A DNA stretch of 63,736 nt, counting the filler, from Candidatus Fermentibacterota bacterium (GTDB lineage Bacteria > JAFGKV01): the NCBI GenBank assembly GCA_016928395.1. It is 10 parts of 10 records of this genome, joined end to end, with 100 filler letters (N's around TTAATTAATTAA, not from the genome) between each part and the next. Parts side by side here need not be neighbours in the genome. Positions count along the whole stretch, not along the records: positions 42,471 to 45,123 come from JAFGKV010000308.1; positions 45,224 to 47,877 come from JAFGKV010000309.1; positions 47,978 to 51,266 come from JAFGKV010000310.1; positions 51,367 to 55,030 come from JAFGKV010000008.1; 6 more parts are not named here. One strand, 5' to 3'. Position 1 is the stretch's first letter. Every line of letters begins with the position of its first letter. The notes under the pieces are model-generated. The model was not told the DNA's origin and did not search any database. It saw only the letters and a list, made by a program, of their open reading frames with translations. This document shows positions 42,471-53,259 of this stretch, piece by piece. A program made the position numbers and the translations under genes.

Positions 42471-44941
42471 AAGGCTAAGCCTTCCAGCGCCACCCCCGTG
42501 CCCCATCGATCTTTGAGTCTCTCAAAGACCGTCGAGCTCTCCCGGAACATGCGTTCCGCCTCTGATGGCTCTCGCTCTTCGTATGCGATCGCCAGAAGGG
42601 TAAGGCCAAGAGCCGCGTGCCTCGAGGGTGGCCCACGCCGCAGCAGCCGCACGCTGCGTTCCAGCTCTTCACACCCCCGTGTCGGATGGCGACCACACAG
42701 GAACCATCCGTAGCAGGACGACAGGAAGGCGCGAAGGGTTTCCGAATCGTCACCCAAAGAGGAGGCAAGAGCCAGTGCTGCCTGCTCGAAGAGCCCGCCT
42801 CCCTCAATGATCCTCCCTGTCATGTCGTGATACAGGAACAGCCCTTGCGCGGCGGCATGCAGCTCCTTCGTCCACCCGCTCGCCGCTCCCCTGACCCACG
42901 CCGAGGCCATGTTCTGCGAATCCGCATCGAGAGCCGCAATCGCCTCGCGTTGCCCACGGGTCTCCAACGCGGGCGCATGCCGGGCGATCTCGCGCAGGAA
43001 GAACCTGGCATGCCGATCGCGGACAGAGAAGCTTTCCACCACAGACGCGTCGAGCCGTTCTTCGGCGAACTTTCGGACCACCTGATGCACATCATATCTG
43101 CCCGGCACCGCTTGATAGATGAAAGAGCGATCGGTCAGCGCGGCGAGGATACCTACCGTGGCACCCGCGATCTCGCTGGCCGCCTCTTTGGTGAAGCCAC
43201 CGCGGAACACGGAGAGGCTCACGAGAGCCCGCTGGGCCTCCTGAGGCAAGAGCACCCACGAGTGCTCGAAGACCGCACGCATGCTTCGCTGGCGCGCCGG
43301 AAGGTCGGCGCATGCAGAGGTCAGAAAGTCCATGCTCCTCTCGATCTCGGCCACGATCTCGGTGCATGACAATGTGCCGATCCAGGCCGCGGCCAGCTCG
43401 ATGGCAAGTGGAGACCCCTCCAGGAGCGAGCATGCCTTCACGATCGCCTGTGCATCGGCCTCTCCCGGCATGAAGTGGTGGCTGATCCGGCGCGCGGTAT
43501 TCAAGAACACCTGCACGGCGGGGTGGGTCATCATGGGGTCGCCAGTACGCCTCTCGTCAGGGAATCCCAGACCTCTGACGGGGAAGACCCATTCGGCGTG
43601 TAGGCCCAGTCGATGCCTGCTCGTGATCAGAAGCGTGGTGTCGGGGCTCCCCTCGACCACGGCCCTGGCGATGGAGTCCATGCCTTCCACATGCTCCGCA
43701 TTGTCGAGCACCAGCATCACCCTCGACCCTCTGAGCACCAGAACGAGCCGCTGAAGCAGGATCAAGAGATCGTCGGTATTTCGCGTATCGCGCACAACAC
43801 TACTACGCACCGTGAGGCGAGCGGACAGTGCGTCCATGATCCCCGTGACTGCCTGGAGAGGGGATTGCATGTCGGCCAGGGGGACGAACACAACCCGGCA
43901 TTCTTCTGATTCCTTCCGGCGCGTCAGGGCCTCGACTGCAAGCCGGGTCTTGCCGCTCCCGCCGTAGCCGACCAAGGTGAGCACGCGGCATTCTCCGGTG
44001 TGCAGGAGGTCGGCGATCTCATCAAGCTCCCTCTCACGGCCCACGAAAGGCGTGGGCCAGCAGGGAAGGCAGGGTTCCTCCGTCGGGGGGGCCGCCAGCA
44101 CGATGCGCCGTTCATGCACGGTCAGCCTGATGTCCTGGAAGAGCGCGCGGGTCGTATCGCGGGGCTGTGCCTGCAGCTGTTCTCGCAGCGTGCGCTCACA
44201 GAGCTCAAACTGCCGCAACGCCAGGTCGGGATGGCCCGCAGACGAGTAGATGGTCATGAGCCGCGAATAGACGGTTTCATCCAGCGGATCAAGACAGACC
44301 CACCGATTTCCCAGACTCACGGCACGGGTGATCTCGCCCCGGTTCAGATGGTGGCGGATCAGCCGTTGTAGGGCAACGCCCAACTGCTGACGCAAGGCTT
44401 CGTCCTGAGAGCTTTGCCATTCGTCGAATGGGGGGCTGTCTGGCAGGGTGAACCCGGCCATGAAGTGGCCTCGGTAGAGGTCAACCGCGGCGGTGAAGGC
44501 CTGCACGGCAGGCTCGGGAAGCTCCTCATTACCTTCTTCCTCCCCACGGGCCAACAGTCCTTGAAAGGTCGAGACATCAACGCCGATTCCCGTGGTCTTT
44601 CGCAGCCGGACCGTGTCGTTGCCGATCGCACACCAGCGCCCCACCGGGCTTTTGGACACCTCCCACAGGGAATTGCGGAGGTACGCCTGGGCATGAGATG
44701 GCCCGCACTCAGGCCACAAGAGCGCCACAAGCGACTCGCGGCGGTGGGGCCCTGGCTCCACCGCCAGGTAGGCCAGCAGGGCCATGGTGCGGCGACGGCA
44801 GAGCCGCACGGCGGACCCTCCGTCGTGGACCTGAGGCGGGCCAAGAAGGGAGATGGTGGTCTGCGGGGCCACAGACACCGCAGACCGGACAACCCGAGCC
44901 GTGGGCGCAGGGGAGGCGAGTGCCAGGGCTAAAGAGGGCAT
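42471..44941 (-). CDS. AfsR/SARP-type regulator: DNA-binding + BTAD + NB-ARC-like ATPase + TPR (3' truncated; start uncertain)
   Basis: ALLAYLA, RESLVALLWP, LYRGHFMAGF...FDEW, LDPLDE, FVGRERE, GYGGSGKTRLA, LVLDNAEH, PLAIELAAAW. Confidence 0.9.
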
Positions 44942-45223
44942 CACGGAAGGCTTCCTCGCCTCATGCCGCTCACCGCACGAGGACGCACCGGCCTGTCGCG
45001 CTGATGGCCCCGGCATCCGCGCGGATCACGTAGACGCCCGTAGGCACCGGTTCGCCGCGATCGTCGAGCCCGTCCCACACGACACTGCAGCGGCCTTGGC
45101 GGGCGTCAGGCAGACGCAACGATNNNNNNNNNNNNNNNNNNNNNNNNNNNNNNNNNNNNNNNNNNNNTTAATTAATTAANNNNNNNNNNNNNNNNNNNNN
45201 NNNNNNNNNNNNNNNNNNNNNNN

Positions 45224-45309
45224 AGAGCCAACTGCCGGCTGTACTCTCAACCCTGAGAATTCTGAGGGAGCCCGGCGTCCTCAGAGGCCGCACTGAACCC
45301 TGAACCCTG
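45224..45309. repeat. 86-bp block identical to 47978-48063, ending in CTGAACC heptamers
   Basis: Both contigs begin AGAGCCAACTGCCGGCTGTACTCTCAACCCTGAG...CTGAACCCTGAACCCTG. Confidence 0.9.
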
Positions 45310-45333
45310 TCGCCTGGATCCTGAACCCTTGTG

Positions 45334-45477
45334 TGAGAGCAAGCAACCCTGCGATACCGTGGCAAAAGCCCCGCCCTCGGCTTCGTGGTCGAATCGCCTG
45401 ATGCTCGATTCTGAGAGCGATACCGATACCGACCCTGAGCCCAGGTACGACGGCGGGATGTCATGCGTATGCTCTCA
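45334..45477. repeat. ~150-bp inverted-repeat-bounded element, copy A
   Basis: TGAGAGCA...TGCTCTCA ends; internal GATACCGACCCTGAG shared with copy B. Confidence 0.65.
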
Positions 45478-45532
45478 ACCCCGAGCAACCTGACGGCGTG
45501 CCCCCTCGGAGGCCCTGCTACCATTTGAGCAC

Positions 45533-46786
45533 TTACCGCAGATCCTGCTCGTCCACCGCCCGGAACACCAAGACCGAGTTGTGACCCCCGAATCCAAACG
45601 AGTTGTTGACCGCCACCGCGACAGGGCGACGGCGCGCGGAGTTGGCCGTATAGTCCAGGTCACACTCGGGATCGGGATGGGTGAGATTGATGGTGGGGGG
45701 AATGACCCCGCTGAGAATCGTCTGTACGCAGAAAGCTGCTTCCAGTGCGCCCGCGGCACCCAGGAGGTGGCCGGTCATGGATTTCGTTGAACTGATTGCA
45801 ACACGGTGCACGTGATCCCCGTAGACCTCCTTGAGCACCAGAGTTTCGGTCTTGTCGTTCAGCGGAGTGGAGGTCCCGTGGGCATTCACGTAGTCGACGT
45901 CGTCAGAGGTGAGACCTGCGTCGTCCAGGGCCCGCCTCACCGCCCGGCTGGCGCTGACCCCGCTGGGATCCGGCGCCGACACGTGGTAGGCATCTGACGT
46001 GGCACCATAGCCGGCCAGCTCGACCAGAGGCCTGACACCCCGGGCTCTCACGCTCTTCTCGCTCTCCAGCACGAGGATGGCAGCCCCCTCACCAGTAACA
46101 AATCCATCTCGCTGCATGTCGAAGGGGCGACTGGCGGTGGCGGGATCGTCATTACGCTTCGACAACGCGCCCATGATGCCGAAACTCGCCACGCTCAAGG
46201 GGCAGATGGCGGCCTCTGTACCCCCGGTGATGACGACCTCGGCCCTGCCGCTCTGGAGAAGCCTCAAGGCATGTCCGATGGCGTCGGCACCACTGGAGCA
46301 GGCGCTCACCAAGGCGCATGATCCCCCTTTGAAACCGAAGTGCATGGAGACGATTGCGGCGGCCATGTCAGACAGCATGTGCACACCAAGGAAGGGGCTC
46401 ACTCGGGCAGGGCCCTTGTCCCGAAGCAAGTCGAACTGCGCTGCCAGGGAGATGGTGCCACCGATTCCCGTTCCCAAGAACACAGCGACCTCGTACGGGT
46501 CGACATCCTTTGGATTCAGACATGCCTGTCGCACCGCCTCCTGCGCGGAGACCACGGCAAACTGCGAGAAGCGATCGAAGCGCCGTGCGTCCCTCCTGTC
46601 CAGATACGCGAAGGGATCGAACCCCTTCACCTCCGCGGCGATCCGTGTGTCGAACCCTGATGCATCGAACAATGTGATGGTATCGACGCTGGACTGCCCG
46701 GCAACAGCAGCCTCCCAGGTCGTGCACGCATCGAGGCCCAAGGGACTCACCACGCCGATTCCAGTCACGAACGCTCGCTGCTTCAT
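45533..46786 (-). CDS. fabF: 3-oxoacyl-ACP synthase II
   Basis: VTGIGVVSPLG, catalytic SACSSG, SRPFD..RDGFV.GEGA, NAHGTST, STKSMTGHLLGAAG, NSFGFGGHN. Confidence 0.95.
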   Translation of the reverse strand: MKQRAFVTGIGVVSPLGLDACTTWEAAVAGQSSVDTITLFDASGFDTRIAAEVKGFDPFAYLDRRDARRFDRFSQFAVVSAQEAVRQACLNPKDVDPYEVAVFLGTGIGGTISLAAQFDLLRDKGPARVSPFLGVHMLSDMAAAIVSMHFGFKGGSCALVSACSSGADAIGHALRLLQSGRAEVVITGGTEAAICPLSVASFGIMGALSKRNDDPATASRPFDMQRDGFVTGEGAAILVLESEKSVRARGVRPLVELAGYGATSDAYHVSAPDPSGVSASRAVRRALDDAGLTSDDVDYVNAHGTSTPLNDKTETLVLKEVYGDHVHRVAISSTKSMTGHLLGAAGALEAAFCVQTILSGVIPPTINLTHPDPECDLDYTANSARRRPVAVAVNNSFGFGGHNSVLVFRAVDEQDLR

Positions 46787-46987
46787 GGAGATGACTCCCT
46801 TCGGTTCCAGGCGAGCATCGGGCTCGCAATGCCTATCCTGTGGTCAACCCCGACACGGACCATGACGCTTCACCCGCCACCCGGCACAGGAACCCATCGC
46901 CTGTCGGGGGAGCTGTCAACAGCCCCACCGCGTTCATCGGCCCAGCGTCGCTCACATCCGCTATCAGAGAATCCTGGAGCACGCCTC

Positions 46988-47509
46988 TCAGCGGGTCTCC
47001 TGCCACCCGTTCCAATGCACTCGGTCTTCACGGTAGCGTATCTGGGGTGCCGGAACGTGGGCAGGATGGCCGATCGGGACAAACGCCAGAGGAACGACAT
47101 GATCAGGCAGCCCCAGCAGTCGCCTGAATCCCTCCTCTCGGTCTTGTGCGGGATGAACCCCTGTCCACACCGCGCCCAAACCCTGGGCGTGGGCGGCCAG
47201 CAGAATGTTCTGCACCGCCGCCGAGCAATCCTGAATCCAGAACCCTGGGTACTCTTCCAGCGAGGTGTCGCCACACACCAAGATGCCGACCTGGGCCTCC
47301 TTCGCCATGGCGGCGTATGGGCTGAACGAGGGGACCTGATCCAGCAGTGTGCGATCATCGATCACCACGAACTGCCACGGCTGCTGATTGCCTGCGGACG
47401 GCGCATGCATCGCGGCGTCAAGCATCTCGCGTATGGCTGCCTGGGGCACGGGCTGAGGCGTGAACTTCCGGACGCTACGTCTCGACGTGATGGCCTCGAT
47501 GGTGTGCAT
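46988..47509 (-). CDS. Nitroreductase family protein
   Basis: RRSVRKF, APSAGNQQPWQFVV, QNILLAAHAQGLGAVW. Confidence 0.93.
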   Translation of the reverse strand: MHTIEAITSRRSVRKFTPQPVPQAAIREMLDAAMHAPSAGNQQPWQFVVIDDRTLLDQVPSFSPYAAMAKEAQVGILVCGDTSLEEYPGFWIQDCSAAVQNILLAAHAQGLGAVWTGVHPAQDREEGFRRLLGLPDHVVPLAFVPIGHPAHVPAPQIRYREDRVHWNGWQETR

Positions 47510-47634
47510 GAGTGCCTCCTTTCGTCACAGTGACGCGGGAAGGATCGTACCTCGGCCCGGCTCCGTCAACGGTGAAGGAGGAAAGAAGGGATGAAGGAAA
47601 GAATGGAGCCCGCGGGGCACCCCCAAATCCTGTG

Positions 47635-47790
47635 TGAGAGTACAAGGGAAAACTCGTACTCGACTGCCCCAGCTCGTCGATTACGACTGCAATTGCGATT
47701 ACGACACCGATGGCGAGACCGACCCTGAGTCAGGAGATAGGAGTGAGCTGAGGGCTGACAGCCGATAGCCACCAGCGGGCCGTACTCTCA
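47635..47790. repeat. ~150-bp inverted-repeat-bounded element, copy B
   Basis: TGAGAGTAC...GTACTCTCA ends enclosing hexamer and heptamer repeats. Confidence 0.65.
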
Positions 47791-47792
47791 AC

Positions 47793-47842
47793 GGTCAAGT
47801 CAGAACATGGGTAACGTTTCAGGTTCAGAACATAGGTAACAC
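47793..47842. repeat. IS-end-like repeat, copy 2
   Basis: Matches 24570-24619; reverse complement GTGTTACCTATGT...GTTACCCATGT. Confidence 0.55.
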
Positions 47843-47977
47843 TTCGTCATTGCGCGGATGGCGATGGACTGGGACGANNNNNNNNNNNNNNNNNNNNNNN
47901 NNNNNNNNNNNNNNNNNNNNNTTAATTAATTAANNNNNNNNNNNNNNNNNNNNNNNNNNNNNNNNNNNNNNNNNNNN

Positions 47978-48080
47978 AGAGCCAACTGCCGGCTGTACTC
48001 TCAACCCTGAGAATTCTGAGGGAGCCCGGCGTCCTCAGAGGCCGCACTGAACCCTGAACCCTGGCTCCTGAACCCTGAAC
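47978..48080. repeat. Second copy of the 45224 block plus extra CTGAACC heptamers
   Basis: Direct sequence identity. Confidence 0.9.
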
Positions 48081-48088
48081 CTACTCGG

Positions 48089-49063
48089 TCACGGGTTCTC
48101 GAGGGTGTCGGCATGCGCGCCGATTTCCGACATTACCCTTTCCACCAAGGAGAGAAACCGGCTATCCGTCATGAGTTGCGGGAGTTTCTCCGGCGCCAGG
48201 AGGCCCTCGTCTTTGAGCCTGGCCACGGTAGCCTGAGTGACGGAGTCTTCCATTACCGTGTCGATACGGCCGCCGACTCTGGCAAGCTCCGTTCCTAGAG
48301 CATTCCGAAACTGCGGTGTTCGCCAGTCTTCCGGGACGATCCCCATCCGGGCCAGTTGTTTCATGGTTGGCTCGTCCGCCAGGAGTGCCTGAAGCCGCGG
48401 ATTGCCCATAATCTCAGACGTCTCTCCCGAACGCAACGCCTGGCCGAACGCGGAATCCGCCACCAGGCGCGTAAACTTCGGGTTCTGCGCCACTGACCGC
48501 AGCCGGACGGTGGTTCCCTCGGGATCGCTGACCATGGCTGCCAGGCGCCGGGCTCTATCCGGGCTGCTCACTTTGCCTTTCAGCGCCAGGTAGGCGCCGT
48601 GACCCATCAGTTGCTGGGAGAGCCGCATGGCGCGGCTGCCCTCCCCCGAAGGCAGCCTCTCACCCCATGGGCTTGTCCGCGCCGCTCCGTAGAGCCAGCA
48701 CAACACCACCACGGTAATGGCGCCCGTCGCCAACCCGATGAGTCCGCCCAAGGGCCTCCCGGAGGGATGTCGTGCCTTGTCGCGCCGGCGCTTGGGCGTG
48801 CGGAACCAGCTCTCTATGAAACCAAAACAGACCGAAACCGCCACGAATACTGCGATCCCTCCCAGCACAGTCGCGGCAAGGGCACTCAGATCGACATGCC
48901 TCGCCAGCCATCCTCCGATGGGTCGGGCATACTGCCACGCAGCCCAGTAGGCACACACAATCCTGGCAATGTCCAGCACGGCTCGGGCCGCGCCGCGACC
49001 AAAACCCCTGGCCCACGAGAATAGCAGAACGACAACGGCAACTACGTCAATCACATGAGGCAC
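48089..49063 (-). CDS. CvpA (colicin V production) family membrane protein with long C-terminal helical extension
   Basis: IDVVAVVVLL...RGFGRG, four TM helices, RPLGGLIGLATG; GAGGAGG RBS before GTG. Confidence 0.78.
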   Translation of the reverse strand: MPHVIDVVAVVVLLFSWARGFGRGAARAVLDIARIVCAYWAAWQYARPIGGWLARHVDLSALAATVLGGIAVFVAVSVCFGFIESWFRTPKRRRDKARHPSGRPLGGLIGLATGAITVVVLCWLYGAARTSPWGERLPSGEGSRAMRLSQQLMGHGAYLALKGKVSSPDRARRLAAMVSDPEGTTVRLRSVAQNPKFTRLVADSAFGQALRSGETSEIMGNPRLQALLADEPTMKQLARMGIVPEDWRTPQFRNALGTELARVGGRIDTVMEDSVTQATVARLKDEGLLAPEKLPQLMTDSRFLSLVERVMSEIGAHADTLENP

Positions 49064-49305
49064 GATCGATTCCTCCTCTCGCTTTGGCCCCATGGTGCAA
49101 CAGGACCGACGCTCCCCACCCCTCGATCATTCATCCATGCCCGTCAACATACATCGACGAATCGAGATTCGAGGACATCAATCCCGGGCACCGAGACCCG
49201 CAGCAACAGGGGCGAGAATCTCCAGACATTTCCGACGTCGCATGCGCTCACGCCTGTTGCCGAGTAGACCTGTGGAGACTTCTGTATTGGAGCGGGAACC
49301 CTCCT

Positions 49306-51126
49306 TCAGCGAGAAACACCTCTGAGCCTGGTCACCAGAGCCGCCAGTTCTTCCCGCAGCACCGTGGGAAGTCGCGAGCCGAACCGGGCATAGTGGCGTT
49401 CGATCTGTTCCACCGTGGCAAGCCAGCCACTGGCATCCACCCGCAGGAGCTCAACCAATGCGTCACGCGGCAGGTCGAGCCCTTCGGTGTTGAGGTCGGA
49501 TGGACGGGGTAACCGGCCGATGGGGGTGTCGACAGCGTCGGCGGTTCCGTCGCAACGCCGGAAGATCCACTCCAAAACCCTGCTGTTCTCGCCATAGCCG
49601 GGCCAGAGGAACTTCCCGTCGTCGCCCTTGCGGAACCAGTTCACGTAGTAGAGCCTCGGCATCATGCTCGGCGATGTACGCCCGGTCATGGAAAGCCAGT
49701 GGCCGAAGTAATCGCCCATGTGGTAGCCGCAGAACGGCAACATGGCAAAGGGATCGAAGCGCAGTTGCCCGACGGCGCCCGCCGCGGCAGCCGTGGTCTC
49801 ACTGGACATGATCGATCCCAGGAACACTCCGTGCCGCCAGTTGAATGCCTCGCAGACCAAAGGAACCACGGTAGGACGCCGTCCCCCGAACAGCATGGCC
49901 GAGATGGGCACACCCCGCGGGTCTTCCCATTCGGGGGCGATCACCGGGCATTGGTGCGCCGGGGTAGTGAACCGCGCATTGGGATTCGCCGCCGGCCTTC
50001 CGCACCCCGGCCTCCACGGACGCCGGATCCAATCGGTCAAAACAGGCGGCTCTTCATCGGTCATCTGTTCCCACCATACGTCGCCGTCTAAGGTCATGGC
50101 GCAGTTCGTGAAGATGGAATTGCGGGCCGCGGAGAGCAGTGCATTGGGGTTGCTCTTCATGCTGGTGCCGGGAGCGACGCCAAAGAAACCCGCCTCAGGG
50201 TTGATGGCCCACAGCCGACCATCAGCCCCGAACTTCATCCATGCGATGTCATCGCCGATGGTCTCGACCTTCCAGCCGGGGATCGTCGGTATGAGCATCG
50301 CCAGGTTCGTCTTCCCGCACGCCGAGGGGAATGCGCCGGTAATGTACTTCACCGTGCCCTCAGGGCTGGTGAGCTTCAGGATGAGCATGTGCTCGGCGAG
50401 CCATCCTTCGTCGCGGGCTTGCACCGATGCGATGCGAAGGGCATGGCACTTCTTTCCCAGCAGAGCATTGCCACCGTAGCCTGAGCCGAACGATCGGATC
50501 TCCCGGGTTGCCGGGAAGTGGGTGATATACTTGTGGGTCGGATTACACGGCCAGGGCGCATCCGCCTCGGTACCGGTCAAGGGCACGCCCACGGAGTGAA
50601 GCCCGCGCACGAAATCGGTGCTCTGACCCATCACGTCAAGCACCCGGGTACCGACCCTGGTCATGGTGTGCATATTCGCGACAACGTAGAGGGAATCGGT
50701 GAGTTCAATGCCGATTCGGGCGATGGGGGAACCGACGGGGCCCATGCTGTAGGGAATCACATAAAGAGTTCGCCCTCGCATGCAGCCCTCATACAACCCG
50801 TCGAGTATACCGTGCATCTCGTCGGGGGCCTTCCAGTTGTTTGTAGGCCCGGCATCGTCTTGGGTTGGGGAGCAAATGAAGGTTCGGTCCTCAACCCTGG
50901 CAACATCGCCGGGATCCGACCGCACCAGGACACTGTTCGGCCGCTTCTGGTCATCAAGCCACATCGCGGTGCCGGAGTGCACCATACCGCGCAGAAGATG
51001 GGCGTACTCCGTCGGTGATCCGTCACACCAGTGGATGGCATCCGGCTGACACAGCGTCGCCATATCCTCAACCCAGGTGACCAGCGCCTGGTTCTTCGCG
51101 GGTACACCAGATATCGTCCGATTCAC
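49306..51126 (-). CDS. pckG: Phosphoenolpyruvate carboxykinase (GTP)
   Basis: [71 protein letters not shown] before GTG. Confidence 0.96.
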   Translation of the reverse strand: MNRTISGVPAKNQALVTWVEDMATLCQPDAIHWCDGSPTEYAHLLRGMVHSGTAMWLDDQKRPNSVLVRSDPGDVARVEDRTFICSPTQDDAGPTNNWKAPDEMHGILDGLYEGCMRGRTLYVIPYSMGPVGSPIARIGIELTDSLYVVANMHTMTRVGTRVLDVMGQSTDFVRGLHSVGVPLTGTEADAPWPCNPTHKYITHFPATREIRSFGSGYGGNALLGKKCHALRIASVQARDEGWLAEHMLILKLTSPEGTVKYITGAFPSACGKTNLAMLIPTIPGWKVETIGDDIAWMKFGADGRLWAINPEAGFFGVAPGTSMKSNPNALLSAARNSIFTNCAMTLDGDVWWEQMTDEEPPVLTDWIRRPWRPGCGRPAANPNARFTTPAHQCPVIAPEWEDPRGVPISAMLFGGRRPTVVPLVCEAFNWRHGVFLGSIMSSETTAAAAGAVGQLRFDPFAMLPFCGYHMGDYFGHWLSMTGRTSPSMMPRLYYVNWFRKGDDGKFLWPGYGENSRVLEWIFRRCDGTADAVDTPIGRLPRPSDLNTEGLDLPRDALVELLRVDASGWLATVEQIERHYARFGSRLPTVLREELAALVTRLRGVSR

Positions 51127-51366
51127 GAAGACCTCCTTGTTCAGTAGAGCCCTTATTACAGGCTCAATCCTCCACGGAGTCAACCTCCATCGCACTCACT
51201 CTCGCTATGGGGCCCAGAGCCCGGGATCCCGCGGAAAACTCGCCGTATTCGCAGCTGTTTGTGTGCNNNNNNNNNNNNNNNNNNNNNNNNNNNNNNNNNN
51301 NNNNNNNNNNTTAATTAATTAANNNNNNNNNNNNNNNNNNNNNNNNNNNNNNNNNNNNNNNNNNNN

Positions 51367-52170
51367 GATGTTCTTGGCAGGTATGGGGAGACTATCTACG
51401 AACGACTCCGGGAGTTTGGGCAGTTACGCATCCATCGTGTGTTCGGGAACCACGATATCGATTTGGCCTGGATGTCGGATCCCCTCTGGGAGACGACCGA
51501 CCGACGACCTGCGCCCGAGGCCCTCAAGCTGTCCGACGAGAATGGCGTGCCGAGAATCCTGCTCGCCCACGGCCATCAAGGCAGTTTCGAATCGGACAGG
51601 TACAGTCGTCTGAGCAGGATGTTCGTCCGCGTATTCCGATTCGTTGAGCCGTTCGCAAGGAGGTTCGGTCTCTACAGAAACCCCGTCACCGCAACATCGC
51701 AGATTGCCAAAACCTATGAAAAGATCATGCATCAGTGGGCCAAGGAGATGCGAGTGCTGGCGATATGCGGCCACTCACACCGCGCCATCTTCGCGTCGCG
51801 ATCGTATGCCGACCGCATCAGAGAGCAGATCGCCGAAGTCGAAGCCCGGATCCGCAGCGATGAAGACACTGGGCAGACCAGTGAGCACGCGCAGGAGCTC
51901 GATGAACTTCGCGGAACGCTTCTGGACGAAATCCGCAAGGGGAGAGACATCGAGCCAACAGAAGACGGCTTCCCGCTCCCCTGCTACTTCAATTCCGGAT
52001 GCGCCCTCTACACTGATGGCCTGACCGCCCTCGAACTCGCAGACGACGAAATCCGGCTTGTGAAATGGAACCGTGATCCAGCGATTGCTCCTCGGCGCGA
52101 GATCTACCAGCAGGGAAACCTCCGTGACTTCCTCGCCCGAATCGAACGGGCGGGGGGAGTTCTGGCCTGA
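51367..52170 (+). CDS. Calcineurin-like metallophosphoesterase (5' truncated by gap)
   Basis: GNHD, AHGH, CGHSH, YFNSG motifs; frame open from the contig edge. Confidence 0.85.
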   Translation, partial: DVLGRYGETIYERLREFGQLRIHRVFGNHDIDLAWMSDPLWETTDRRPAPEALKLSDENGVPRILLAHGHQGSFESDRYSRLSRMFVRVFRFVEPFARRFGLYRNPVTATSQIAKTYEKIMHQWAKEMRVLAICGHSHRAIFASRSYADRIREQIAEVEARIRSDEDTGQTSEHAQELDELRGTLLDEIRKGRDIEPTEDGFPLPCYFNSGCALYTDGLTALELADDEIRLVKWNRDPAIAPRREIYQQGNLRDFLARIERAGGVLA

Positions 52171-52269
52171 TCAGCTGTGTACACTGCAATGGGTCTGCAG
52201 CCTCGAGGCGTGAGGCTTCCTATTGTGCATTGCCCGCGGTTCACACTCTGCCCTGACCGACCCCGATTC

Positions 52270-52412
52270 CTTCAGCATTCCACCATTCCCGGCTCTCCAT
52301 TTCGGATTTCGTGCTCAGTCCCACTCCTCTGGATGCCGGGCTTCGGATCTTGCACTCCCGACGCCCTCTGCAGCCCGATTGCCGACTGCCGATTGCCGAC
52401 TGCTGACTGCTC
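52270..52412. repeat. Mosaic of short tandem repeat arms
   Basis: CATTCCACCATTCC, TTCGGATTTCG/TTCGGATCTTG, and five (GCCGAYT)-like heptamers immediately upstream of the TSUP gene. Confidence 0.7.
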
Positions 52413-52418
52413 TCCACC

Positions 52419-53177
52419 ATGCCCATCCCGACCCTGATCCTCTTGGGCTTCGCCGGAATCTTAGCAGGGTTCATCGACTCTATCGCAGGAGGCGGCGGCA
52501 TCATCACGGTGCCGGCTCTGCTGTCGGCCGGCTTACCGCCGCATCTGGCCCTGGGCACGAACAAGCTGCAGTCCAGTTTCGGCAGCTTCACCGCCACCCT
52601 CCGCTACCGAAGAAACCGTCTGGTAAGGATCCGCCGAACTGTCTGGGGCATCGTCTTCACCGCCTTGGGCGCCGCCATTGGCACCCTCACGATCCAACAT
52701 ATCTCGCCGGATTTCCTCCAGAAAGCCATTCCCCTCTTCCTCCTGGCCGTGTTCCTGTACATGCTCCTCTCGCCCAAGGCCGGCTCCCAACGCAGCCGCG
52801 CAAGGCTCTCTCCCCTCATCTTCTATATGCTCATGGGCCTGAGCATCGGGTTCTATGATGGTTTCTTTGGGCCGGGCACGGGTTCGTTCTGGACTGTGGC
52901 CTTTGTGGTTCTGCTGGGCCACGAACTGAAGGAGGCGACGGCCCACACCAAGGTCATGAATTTTACCAGCAATGCAGTATCCCTGGCCGCGTTCGCGCTG
53001 GGGGGACACGTCGTGCTCATCCCCGGTCTGGTTATGGGCGTAGGCGAAGTGATCGGGGCGGGCTTGGGATCGCATCTTGTGATCCGACGCGGCGTTGGCT
53101 TCATCCGCGGGTTCTTTCTCACCGTGGTGGCCGTCACGATGGCGCGTCTCTTGTACGTAACCTATTTCAGCCCGTGA
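52419..53177 (+). CDS. TSUP (TauE/SafE, YfcA-like) transporter
   Basis: AGFIDSIAGGGG, ALGTNKLQ, IGFYDGFFGPGTGSF. Confidence 0.92.
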   Translation: MPIPTLILLGFAGILAGFIDSIAGGGGIITVPALLSAGLPPHLALGTNKLQSSFGSFTATLRYRRNRLVRIRRTVWGIVFTALGAAIGTLTIQHISPDFLQKAIPLFLLAVFLYMLLSPKAGSQRSRARLSPLIFYMLMGLSIGFYDGFFGPGTGSFWTVAFVVLLGHELKEATAHTKVMNFTSNAVSLAAFALGGHVVLIPGLVMGVGEVIGAGLGSHLVIRRGVGFIRGFFLTVVAVTMARLLYVTYFSP

Positions 53178-53259
53178 GCGAAGCTCCGGCATTGACGTTG
53201 ACGCCGCGGCCCAATAGCATGCGACCCCACTCACCCCAGTCGTTGCCTCGTATCAGGGA

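Noticed and set aside
38963-44941. BTAD/NB-ARC regulator as controller of the peptide cassette, and similar cross-gap clusters
   Set aside because: A spacer at 42371-42470 separates them, so adjacency is not established.
45533-46786. Stand-alone fabF as a polyketide ketosynthase cluster
   Set aside because: Canonical Cys-His-His FabF with no ACP, chain-length factor or tailoring genes on this short contig.
45334-47790. Integron attC sites
   Set aside because: The AAC-ending motif is at the wrong end and does not fit RYYYAAC...GTTRRRY; no integrase seen; the enclosed genes are not single-gene cassettes.
45224-48080. CRISPR array from the duplicated blocks and heptamer runs
   Set aside because: No constant-length repeat alternating with unique spacers, and no cas genes.
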